From: a virus
Lineage: Duplodnaviria > Caudoviricetes
Virus record (IMG/VR): IMGVR_UViG_3300017448_000013
Span: 1 to 40,857 of that record
Length of the DNA: 40,857 nucleotides
Reading direction: 5' to 3' (one strand)
In this document: positions 25,732-33,351 of the stretch, piece after piece
Position numbering within the stretch: position 1 is the first letter of the stretch
Layout of the letters: every line of letters starts with the position of its first letter
Translations under genes and position numbers: made by a program
The notes under the pieces: generated by a model
What the model was told of the DNA's origin: nothing
Databases searched by the model: none
What the model saw: the letters and a program-made list of their open reading frames with translations, nothing else

Positions 25732-26499
25732 TTAAAAGAGGAGGCTGTCGCGCTCCTCTTTCCAAATGGTCCATTCGCTCATGGTCTTTGAGCCCTTTGA
25801 AAGATTGCAGGGCTGACACAAAAGCTGAAGATTATCTGGGTTATTTGTTCCGCCGCGTTTAAGCGGCACGATATGATCTAAATGACAACCATCAGCGATG
25901 CTGACGGAGCATGCGGCACAAATGCCGTTCTGACGTTGAAATAGTTGTTTGATGTCATCACTGGTATGACTACCAATTGCCTTCCTTCTTTGAGCGCGAG
26001 CGCGAGCAGTGCATACCTTTAATGCAGCGCGAACCTTTTGAGGATTCTCTCGTCGATATTTTGTTACGCGCTTCTTAATTCTATCGCCTTCACGCAGGTA
26101 TCGACGATTCTCGCGGTCCCTAATAGCCTGACGATTAGATTCCCTAAATAACTTTGCTTGCTGCTTACGATTTACTGTCTTGGCGCGCGCCCTATCACTT
26201 GCGCGTACAGTTTCAGCATTATCTCGGCGATAAACTCGCGCATATGCGCTAAGTTCTGCGGCGTTATCTGAATAGTAAGAATTATTGTAAGACCCAGCCA
26301 ACTCTCGGTGGTGCTTTCGATAGTTGGCGTAGTATTCCGGATTGTCCGCACGATTACGCGCGGAGCGCTCATTGGAACAATCAAGGCAGGTGCGATTGCC
26401 AACATCTCGTTCGGCGACGTGACCATTGCGGCATGGCTTGCCGGTAAAATACCGCCTTAACCCAGTTCTAATAGCTTCTTTCCGCGCGACGATCTGCAT
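25732..26499 (-). CDS. HNH endonuclease with N-terminal Zn-finger (free-standing homing-type)
   Basis: YFTGKPCRNGH.AER....CLDC N-terminus, basic helical linker, CAAC...HLDHIVPL.RGG.N...NLQLLCQPCN..K. Start at ATG 26499, 7 nt after a -10 box. Confidence 0.92.
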   Translation of the reverse strand: MQIVARKEAIRTGLRRYFTGKPCRNGHVAERDVGNRTCLDCSNERSARNRADNPEYYANYRKHHRELAGSYNNSYYSDNAAELSAYARVYRRDNAETVRASDRARAKTVNRKQQAKLFRESNRQAIRDRENRRYLREGDRIKKRVTKYRRENPQKVRAALKVCTARARAQRRKAIGSHTSDDIKQLFQRQNGICAACSVSIADGCHLDHIVPLKRGGTNNPDNLQLLCQPCNLSKGSKTMSEWTIWKEERDSLLF

Positions 26500-26535
26500 A
26501 CCCGCAAATATACCACAATATGCGGGTATTTGCAA
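26498..26535 (-). promoter_or_regulatory. Leaderless sigma70 promoter with overlapping palindromic operator
   Basis: TTGCAA, 17 nt, TATATT (with TGn extension), 7 nt, ATG. Inverted repeat ATACCCGCA (26498-26506) / TGCGGGTAT (26521-26529). Confidence 0.75.
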
Positions 26536-26538
26536 CCA

Positions 26539-26715
26539 TTATGCAACTGGCGCGCTCGGCGCCAACATCGGAACGTCGACTACCGGTGCCGCAACCCGCA
26601 CAAAATGATGGTCGCGATCTTTCATAAATTCAGCGACCCTGTCTGGATCGGAAATGCGATCGCCCTTCTTGATATCGTGAAAGGGATGAACGCAGATGAG
26701 ATGGAAATCAGACAT
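26539..26715 (-). CDS. Small pre-sheath protein (58 aa; not in ORF track)
   Basis: MSDFHLICVHPFHDIKKGDRISDPDRVAEFMKDRDHHFVRVAAPVVDVPMLAPSAPVA*. Fills the gap. A small gene before the sheath is usual in contractile-tail phages. Confidence 0.8.
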   Translation of the reverse strand: MSDFHLICVHPFHDIKKGDRISDPDRVAEFMKDRDHHFVRVAAPVVDVPMLAPSAPVA

Positions 26716-26733
26716 TGGAATGAATCCGCTTCC

Positions 26734-27684
26734 TTAAATGACCGTGGTTTCTGGCGCAGGCCCGATAGCATGATTGCCGCCGTCGACGGCGACGTTGACA
26801 GATGTGACGACGTATCCTGGAAATGTTTGCAGCGTCGCGTATTCGACCTCGAAAATCATATCGCGACGATAAAGACTGACGTTCTGCGAATCGTCTGACT
26901 GCCTGGTTCTGGCGTAAGTGATCTTGGCTTGCGTGTTGTCAGACAGCGTGACAACGATGTTCTGTTTCAGGCCGCCGTCGATCGCCTTGGACAGCACCGA
27001 GCGAGTATTATGATCCGGCGCCCACACCGTGATCATGATCATCTGACATTCGCGGTGCGTGGCCTTGCCGAGCACACCGACGCCGCCCTGTCTGACCTCG
27101 AATGAATAGCTCGCCGGGATCGACAATATCGATCCACTGAGCGACGCGCTCGGATATTGTACTTGCGCTTGCGCCAGCAATGCAGTGAGGATTGCGCTTG
27201 CTGTGGTGCCAGTCGCGGAGAAAGTGAATTGCCGATCGGCATCGACCGTCACATACTCGCCATTGGCTGGCGTTCCAGTGACCGTCAGTTGCGTATTGCC
27301 CGCACCAGGCTGGCCACTCGCCGTCACCGTCAAATTGATGGCCGGCGGCACCACTGTGTAGGTGTGATCTTGAATCTGATAGGGAGTATATGATGCGCCC
27401 AACATCGGAAAGACCGACACATTGGCGCACGGACCATTCGGCCGCAGGATTGCCGTCGATGTTCCATCTGGATTCTTTCGCAGCACCTTGCCGGCGAGAT
27501 CGAGATCAAGCTGGTCGGAGACCGGCCAGCCCTCGTAAATCCGCACATCCATCGGCTGCGTGAACGTTTGGGTCGGAGTATTTGGCGGTACTGGTGCGAT
27601 GCTCGGAGACGATGCGCCATTGGGATAGACGAAAGGCGCTACCGCGCTCGCCAGATAGGCGGTCACATCGGACAGGTCGGCCAT
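26734..27684 (-). CDS. Tail terminator/completion protein with inserted beta domain
   Basis: MADLSDV, YPNG, RIYEGWP, ITVWAP...RS and LYRRD...VEY.T motifs. Position between head closure and sheath. Confidence 0.75.
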   Translation of the reverse strand: MADLSDVTAYLASAVAPFVYPNGASSPSIAPVPPNTPTQTFTQPMDVRIYEGWPVSDQLDLDLAGKVLRKNPDGTSTAILRPNGPCANVSVFPMLGASYTPYQIQDHTYTVVPPAINLTVTASGQPGAGNTQLTVTGTPANGEYVTVDADRQFTFSATGTTASAILTALLAQAQVQYPSASLSGSILSIPASYSFEVRQGGVGVLGKATHRECQMIMITVWAPDHNTRSVLSKAIDGGLKQNIVVTLSDNTQAKITYARTRQSDDSQNVSLYRRDMIFEVEYATLQTFPGYVVTSVNVAVDGGNHAIGPAPETTVI

Positions 27685-27685
27685 C

Positions 27686-28081
27686 TTATGCCTCCATTCG
27701 GAAGCATGAGAGTTGGTACCCTAAAACTGTAAACCAGTTCTGCGAGACCATGTAGCGATAGCCTTCATCATCGACGATGACGTCACGGTCGCGGACCGAA
27801 TATTGGGGCAGGGCTGTCAGTGGAATGAGAATCTGCCAAATCTGGCGTTCGCTGATGTCGGATGGGATAAAGGTGGTCTTGGCGCGACCGGTCTGCCTGG
27901 CAACAATGTTCGCCGGCAATCCAGTATAGAGAATAATCTCTCCCTCTGGATCACTGCTGCTGGAGATCGATTGCTCTCGACCAGAATAGCCGAGTAGCCC
28001 AACCTGCTGAGTGCCGCTGGTATTGGTGGCGTTGGTTTTTGAGCGGTGGACATCAACCAGTCGTGGATAGAGCGTGCTCAT
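27686..28081 (-). CDS. Head closure/head-tail joining protein
   Basis: VR.RDVIVDDEG.RY.V...W....GY motif. Neck-module position. GAGG RBS before ATG 28081. Confidence 0.75.
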   Translation of the reverse strand: MSTLYPRLVDVHRSKTNATNTSGTQQVGLLGYSGREQSISSSSDPEGEIILYTGLPANIVARQTGRAKTTFIPSDISERQIWQILIPLTALPQYSVRDRDVIVDDEGYRYMVSQNWFTVLGYQLSCFRMEA

Positions 28082-28093
28082 ATCCACCTCGTG

Positions 28094-29008
28094 TTAGATG
28101 ACCATATTGATGCGGTAGGTGTTAAGCATCGACACGGTGTCGAGATCGAGCTGCGACGGAGCGAAGCGCTCAATTTTGGTCGAGCCGGCACCGATGCTTT
28201 TGAGCTGGCCAACTAATTCTGGATTCTGCTGAAAGTTCTCGACGAGCTGCGCGGCGGCTTGCTTGATGATTGGCGGTATAGACTTCTGCGGATAACCGGA
28301 AACGTATCGCAGCCGCACTTCCGAGAAGTAGGCGAGCAGGATACCGGCCGGCACCCAGACTTCACGGGTCGTCAACGACACGCTGGCTTGGCTGATATTG
28401 AACGGCACCCACATCGGCGGGCCACCGAACGCTTGGATCGCAGCAAGGAGATTCACCTCGACGAACATCCCCATTTCTTGGTCGGTGCGCCGGCCATAGC
28501 CGTAACGGCCCATACCGGAAAGCAGACGAACAGGAGGGCGACTGGTGCGCGCGATCGAGCGCTTTTGCGAGACCGACTTCTCCTCGAAGATGGTCAGACC
28601 AAATTCGAGGGTGCAGCTTGCGCTGTGAGCATTGGCAACGCTGGCGACTGTTATCTGACCAGCGGCCATCTCAGTAATGACGCAAGCTTCTACCAAACCG
28701 GAGGCCGCGCGATCGAGGATCATTACCTCGCCGATCATATCGGCGGACGCGGTAATATAAGACGGGACGCTGATAACGACAGAACTACCAGGAGAGATCG
28801 CTGCTGTACTATTATAAGTCGCTGTGGGAGAAAGGCCGGCCATGTAACATGGCATCTGTCCGGTATAGTCCGGCTCCCACACCAAACCTTCAGGTCGGCG
28901 CAGATAAGCGTCAATCAGAAGCGAAGCCTGGTAGACTTGGGAGAGGTCCGTCGATGTCGGTAAGCCGTACATCGAGTATTCATTGGGGAGGATGTATTGC
29001 GACGGCAT
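28094..29008 (-). CDS. Head-tail adaptor (gp6/gp15-like) with insertions
   Basis: AS.LIDAYL.R N-terminus, V.LRY.SGY...IP..IKQA...L and ML..YR C-terminus. Confidence 0.78.
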   Translation of the reverse strand: MPSQYILPNEYSMYGLPTSTDLSQVYQASLLIDAYLRRPEGLVWEPDYTGQMPCYMAGLSPTATYNSTAAISPGSSVVISVPSYITASADMIGEVMILDRAASGLVEACVITEMAAGQITVASVANAHSASCTLEFGLTIFEEKSVSQKRSIARTSRPPVRLLSGMGRYGYGRRTDQEMGMFVEVNLLAAIQAFGGPPMWVPFNISQASVSLTTREVWVPAGILLAYFSEVRLRYVSGYPQKSIPPIIKQAAAQLVENFQQNPELVGQLKSIGAGSTKIERFAPSQLDLDTVSMLNTYRINMVI

Positions 29009-29020
29009 GGTGCAGCCGCC

Positions 29021-29332
29021 TTATGAGTTGGTAATGACGGCAACCTTGTCGCCAGCATTAACGCCGAATTTCAGCGGCGTGCTCGCCGGCATCCGCATGT
29101 TGGTAGCGGTCGCTGTCGGCGTCGCTCCGGGAGTCGCGCTCCAGGCAATGGAGCAGACCACATCTGAACTGATGAGGACGAAGCGCGTCTTGGCATTGAA
29201 CGCAGATGAGGCGGCACTTGACCCGCTGATGGTAACTACCTGCTCAGCGACAGGCGGCGTCATCGGAATATCAGGAACGCCCTCGGCAACTATGGGCATG
29301 TCCGAGAACTCGGTAATGTAGAGAGTACTCAT
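29021..29332 (-). CDS. Conserved small phage protein (possibly virion-associated)
   Basis: LYITEF...AEQ.V.I...S..S.AFN..TRFV...P.AT....RMPA...FGV..G.KVAVI pattern. Confidence 0.7.
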   Translation of the reverse strand: MSTLYITEFSDMPIVAEGVPDIPMTPPVAEQVVTISGSSAASSAFNAKTRFVLISSDVVCSIAWSATPGATPTATATNMRMPASTPLKFGVNAGDKVAVITNS

Positions 29333-29362
29333 CTATCGAGTTCCTGAAATGAATAATGGAAA

Positions 29363-29437
29363 TGGCTGGAGAGGGCGGATTCGAACCACCGGCAACTTGA
29401 TTAACAATCAAGGACTCTACCGCTGAGCTACTCTCCA
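29363..29437 (-). tRNA. tRNA-Asn (GTT)
   Basis: TGGAGAG/CTCTCCA acceptor stem, D arm AGCTCAGCGGTAGAG, anticodon arm CTTGA-TTGTTAA-TCAAG, GGTTCGAATCC T arm, G discriminator, encoded CCA. Confidence 0.95.
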
Positions 29438-29468
29438 AAATCAGCGGCGTGCATTTCTCTGTGGCATA

Positions 29469-30086
29469 TCAAGCCCCGGACAGTAGACGCCGAAGAACTC
29501 GACCAAATATCGAGAACAACGAATCAATTGGCGTTACAACCGGAGTATTCGGTATTGCAACCGGTTCGTTCTCAGATGGAGTGACGCCGGCATCATTCGG
29601 CCAGATATGCAGATAAGCCGAGCCGTGTGTTTTGATCATATTCAGGACTTGAGCCCTGAACGCGGGCCATTGCCCTTGTTCAATCGCGACGCAGCCTTCG
29701 GAATAAATCGGCTTGTATGGCCAGCCATGCAATTCTATGCCGGCTGTCATTCTTTGATGCTTCGAATCCCAAATCCGATTATTGTTGAGACCAATTGCGC
29801 CATGCGCTCGACCCCATGGACCAATGGTGTCTGGCGTTACCGGATAGACACCATACGGAATCGACGAATGGCCGCCCATGCCGCCAGTGCCGAAATTGTA
29901 TTTTTGTCCCTCGACGTCGATCAGCCCCTCATAATGCTCTGGACGGCTGGTTTGATCTGCAATTGGTCCGGTGGGCATTTGGCTCCCATGAGCTACGACG
30001 GCGAGAAAGAGGGCCGGCGCGTATAGACGCTTGGCGACTACAGAGGCACCGGGCTTGTTATCAACGGCCGGCGATTGTGGCCGCAA
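29469..30086 (-). CDS. L,D-transpeptidase-fold (YkuD/DUF2778-Tlde1-like) protein; start uncertain
   Basis: IP.G.Y.V and GIELHG......SEGCVAI His/Cys catalytic motif. Hydrophobic N-terminal stretch. Confidence 0.72.
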   Translation of the reverse strand: MRPQSPAVDNKPGASVVAKRLYAPALFLAVVAHGSQMPTGPIADQTSRPEHYEGLIDVEGQKYNFGTGGMGGHSSIPYGVYPVTPDTIGPWGRAHGAIGLNNNRIWDSKHQRMTAGIELHGWPYKPIYSEGCVAIEQGQWPAFRAQVLNMIKTHGSAYLHIWPNDAGVTPSENEPVAIPNTPVVTPIDSLFSIFGRVLRRLLSGA

Positions 30087-30753
30087 GTGAACCGAGCATC
30101 GACTTGCCGGTTGCCTTCACCAAGTTGGTGCGATGCGCCGTACCAGTAGCAATCATCCACTCACCAAGATTGCTGGGAACCTCGGCGCGGCCGAACTTGA
30201 ACTCGATCGGCAAAGTCAGTGACTTGCCATCATGGTCTTTCCATTCCGCTGCGGCGTCTTCCGCCTTCATCATGGCGGCGGGCGCGACGTAAAGAACATG
30301 ACTGGGATTTTTTCGCTCTTTCGAGCCGGTTAGATAAACGTGCATCAATGACCTCCAAGTTGCACAGTGGACAACACGTTCTCGGCGCCAAGCACCGAAG
30401 CCGATGAGTTTCTTATCGCGCCCGGTCCATCGCGACGAATCGATGGCCAACGCATATTCGGCGGGCAGCAAATTTTCACTGAAAAGAGTTGCTGAAACGC
30501 CCGACTTTCCTGAAATCGCCGCCGTCAACCGCTCATGAGTAGTCGGCTGTTGGGCGACGGCGCCAATCGGCGCATAGATACGATCCGGCAGCCAATTCCA
30601 CGACCAGCGCGAAATGTACCGCCAGCGCAGTTCTGTGGACGGCACGTCGTCGCGTCGGCCCAAGGCCAACGTCACCGAAGCATCATATTTTGATGGACCG
30701 ATTCCGGCTGGACGGCCGATATGAATCAGGCCGAACCAGAAACGGATCAGCAT
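30061..30753 (-). CDS. Hypothetical protein; probably two in-frame cistrons (second start ATG 30345)
   Basis: GGAGG RBS before both ATG 30753 and the internal ATG 30345. Confidence 0.55.
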   Translation of the reverse strand: MLIRFWFGLIHIGRPAGIGPSKYDASVTLALGRRDDVPSTELRWRYISRWSWNWLPDRIYAPIGAVAQQPTTHERLTAAISGKSGVSATLFSENLLPAEYALAIDSSRWTGRDKKLIGFGAWRRERVVHCATWRSLMHVYLTGSKERKNPSHVLYVAPAAMMKAEDAAAEWKDHDGKSLTLPIEFKFGRAEVPSNLGEWMIATGTAHRTNLVKATGKSMLGSLAATIAGR

Positions 30754-30771
30754 CTCGCGTTGCCTCCGCGA

Positions 30772-30876
30772 TCAGTGATGAACCCACCAAAGAAACATCG
30801 CCAACGCTACCGTAAATGATCAGACGCTGGCGATTGTACGAATAATGCTGAGCTGATATTCTGTGAGCCTGATCAT
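30772..30876 (-). pseudogene. Small membrane-peptide ORF interrupted by an in-frame TGA
   Basis: MIRLTEYQLSIIRTIASV*SFTVALAMFLWWVHH*. Second stop sits just before the next RBS. Confidence 0.35.
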
Positions 30877-30944
30877 GACATCACCCACGGATTGGTTTTT
30901 ATTTATGATTTGTCCCTATGGGGTAAGGATGGTATACAAACTAC

Positions 30945-31214
30945 TCAAATAACAGATAAGACACGCGCTGAAATAATCTCAATCGGCATCAACAGCCGGC
31001 TATGCGAGACCGTCACAGAATGCAGCGGACCATCCAATTCTCGCTCCCAGAAGTCGAGAAATCGGTTTAGCTCTGGGAAGTCCGGATACAGGTCGTAGTC
31101 CTGCCAGATGTACGTCTGAAGCAACCACTTATGATCCGGACGGCGATATAGGATGTTCGCCGTCGTCAGCCCGAAGCCATCTTCGATCTGTCGACGAAAG
31201 TCTGAATCGACCAT
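30945..31214 (-). CDS. usg: Usg-family protein
   Basis: G.GLTTA.ILY.RPDH.WLLQTYIWQDYDL.P.FP.L..FL.FW...LDGPLHSV.V.H signature. Confidence 0.9.
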   Translation of the reverse strand: MVDSDFRRQIEDGFGLTTANILYRRPDHKWLLQTYIWQDYDLYPDFPELNRFLDFWERELDGPLHSVTVSHSRLLMPIEIISARVLSVI

Positions 31215-31253
31215 GACGCTCCCCGAAAGAAAGCGCCTCCATGGATGCGATGA

Positions 31254-31457
31254 TTACTTGCCGTTCCAAGTCGTGTGAGCACCTTCGTGATGGTGCCAGT
31301 GCTTGGCGTTTTCGGCGAACTGTGCGCGCTTGCGCACGGCCGGATCGGGAGAATGAAGCTTCTGCTCGATCTTTGCTTCTGGTATTTTGTGGCCAGAAGG
31401 AGTGCCGGTGTCCTTATGCAGGAGACCTGCGTGCGACGGCTTGATGTTGATCGACAT
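31254..31457 (-). CDS. Small basic phage protein
   Basis: IKPSH.G.LH......G.KIP...RKRAQFA.NAK.W pattern, common in phage head regions. Confidence 0.75.
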   Translation of the reverse strand: MSINIKPSHAGLLHKDTGTPSGHKIPEAKIEQKLHSPDPAVRKRAQFAENAKHWHHHEGAHTTWNGK

Positions 31458-32068
31458 GAATTAATCCAACCTTAATGAGAAAGTCAAGAAAATCGCCGTT
31501 ACGCTTCTGCAAATTACACGGGCTGCACAGCAATTGAAGATTACGTGGCCAATTTGTTCCGCCGTTCGATAGAGCGCGGATGTGATCTACGTGACCGCCA
31601 CCATGCAGATGGGCTGGGCACACCGCGCAACGATCAAACTGAAATGCACGAATTGCTAAGACATCAGCGTCCGTATAAAACCCCTTGTTCTGTAACTTCA
31701 ATGAACGCCGTTTTGCCTTGTATCCCTTTGCCTTTTGCAAATAACCATACCGATTGTCCCAATACCAGTTGCGACGAGCCGAACGCCATGGATCGGTATT
31801 CTTCTGGCGAACGTCTGCGCCTGCTCTTAATCTCATCGCGCTCTTGCTTAGAGCGACCATGAGATATTCTAACCGATGCACGCGCACGTTCAGGATCGGC
31901 AGCCCGCCAAACCGCAGCTCTGGCGGCGTGACGATCGGCTTCTCTCGCGCGCTGCGCCTCCATGCAGGACTTGCATTGAGACCGCGGGGTATTGCGATCT
32001 CCACGACGATAAAAGTCGGATAAGGACTTGACTACTCCGCATGCGGAGCATTTCTTAGTGTCAGCCAT
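31414..32068 (-). pseudogene. HNH endonuclease split by a frameshift near 31810
   Basis: N-terminal Zn-finger (KKCSACG..K...DFY...CKSC) from ATG 32068 is in one frame. The HNH domain (CAVC...HVDHI.AL..GG.N...NLQLLC.PCN..K) is in the +1 frame. Confidence 0.8.
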
Positions 32069-32130
32069 TGGCCTGCTGTAATCAGGTTGGTGGTTAGACG
32101 CGCCGTCGTGCTTCAACACTTCGGCGCGTC
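32069..32130 (-). promoter_or_regulatory. Structured 5' leader of the split HNH gene
   Basis: GACGCGCCG...CGGCGCGTC 9-bp stem, then TAACCACCAACC, then a CCTG/CAGG mini-hairpin before ATG. TTGACG upstream overlaps the capsid gene end region. Confidence 0.55.
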
Positions 32131-32167
32131 GCCTTTTACCTAATAGAAACAGACCGTCACGTCAATA

Positions 32168-33169
32168 TTACGGACGCGTAACTGCCACAAGCATGTGGCT
32201 GTAGCTGGCGCCTTTGGCCAATATGCAGTCAAATTTGATAGCTACATATTGCCCTTGGAGGCCGCTCAACAAGCCGAGCTGGAAGACACGCGGCTTGGGA
32301 TTACCGTCACCGCCATGGATGAACGGCATCTCGATAGCGTCTTCGGTCACGATGACCGCGAAGTAGTTGTTGTTACCGGCCGCAGGAGCACTGAAGCCGT
32401 AGGCCGCGCCAGCCGCAGACGGCAGCCAGCGATCCGGGATCAGCGGCAATGCACCGACCTGGGTGTTGATCGTCTTCACGACCACGCCAGCGCCGACATC
32501 CATCGTGCCGAGATCGATGTGGTACGACTTGGCTTCCTTGTCGATATAATCGCCGAGGATCGGGTTGACATAGATCGCGCTCGGGCGGATGTTGAAATCC
32601 GTGCGGGCAAGCATCTTCGCAACGGCGGCCTTGAGGCCATCGATGATGGAAGCGCCAACGGCAACCGTCGAGGTCTGCGTGATCTGGTTGAGGAGGCCCA
32701 TATACTGGGTCGTGGTCGGAGCCGACAGCGAGGTGTCGTTGCCGTTCCAGACGTTCGATGCCTGGAGTCGAACGATCGAATTGACGACGTCCGTGATGTC
32801 CTTCTGCTCCAGGGACGCGAACTGCCCTTGCTGCTTCGTTACATCAACATCAAACAAACTAAGGTTGCTCTGCGCAGTCATCGACTTGATGAACGCGGCC
32901 TGCTCGACACGGGTCGGGCCAGTCGCGGTCGGGGTGATGTTACGCGGATCGGTGAACGACGCCACGCCGATCGCAGTTTCCTCGAAGTAGCGATGCGGAT
33001 GACCGGTCGCCGGCTTCGACTTGACGCGATTGAGGAACGTGGATTCGCGAACGATCACGTCGTAAATTTCTGGCTCGTAGCGATTTATCTCAATCGCGCC
33101 GTTGCCGAGGAAGTCAGCCGCAGCTTGCAAGCTGGTAAACGCGGCCTCTTTTTCGATAGGCATAGACAA
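32168..33169 (-). CDS. Major capsid protein (HK97-fold, inferred)
   Basis: 333 aa, strong codon bias, follows the protease-scaffold. W.G...Y.GLL.QI and PSAIYVNP segments. AAGGA RBS. Start is TTG 33169 or ATG 33163. Confidence 0.88.
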   Translation of the reverse strand: MSMPIEKEAAFTSLQAAADFLGNGAIEINRYEPEIYDVIVRESTFLNRVKSKPATGHPHRYFEETAIGVASFTDPRNITPTATGPTRVEQAAFIKSMTAQSNLSLFDVDVTKQQGQFASLEQKDITDVVNSIVRLQASNVWNGNDTSLSAPTTTQYMGLLNQITQTSTVAVGASIIDGLKAAVAKMLARTDFNIRPSAIYVNPILGDYIDKEAKSYHIDLGTMDVGAGVVVKTINTQVGALPLIPDRWLPSAAGAAYGFSAPAAGNNNYFAVIVTEDAIEMPFIHGGDGNPKPRVFQLGLLSGLQGQYVAIKFDCILAKGASYSHMLVAVTRP

Positions 33170-33317
33170 TATCCTTATGCTTCGGCGCGTTTGACGGCCG
33201 ATTGAAAACTGGATGGGTTGAAAATTGCTGGCTGAAAATCCGGACCATGGACTAGTTCGGACTGATACCGATCCGTGACTGCCCCGCGGACTACCTGCGG
33301 ACTAGGACGTTTGATCT

Positions 33318-33347
33318 AAAAAAATCAGCGGCCGAAAAACGGCCGCT
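33318..33347 (-). terminator. Hairpin/terminator after the protease-scaffold gene
   Basis: AGCGGCCG-TTTTT-CGGCCGCT followed by GATTTTTTT. Confidence 0.65.
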
Positions 33348-33351
33348 TCAA

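Noticed and set aside
25717-26538. Group I intron splitting the sheath start (a TAATG lies at the end of the 58-aa gene)
   Set aside because: The interval is fully occupied by a promoter and the HNH ORF, leaving no room for a ribozyme core. No U|...G| splice junction restores the frame, and a good RBS already precedes ATT.
29363-29437. tRNA as prophage attachment site or boundary
   Set aside because: Phage structural genes continue on both sides in the same orientation, with no integrase or duplicated tRNA 3' end in the window.
30772-30876. Genome-wide TGA-to-Trp recoding
   Set aside because: Trp is encoded by TGG throughout, many genes end at TGA overlapping the next start (e.g. 22094, 39119), and no suppressor tRNA is seen.
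32195-33205. 336-aa plus-strand ORF (and similar long antisense ORFs at 28259-28963, 40078-40800, 17961-18581)
   Set aside because: They are antisense shadows of strongly codon-biased minus-strand genes, with no motifs or RBS.
33241-33310. CRISPR or mini-array
   Set aside because: Repeats are only 5-11 nt with irregular short spacing, and there are no cas genes.
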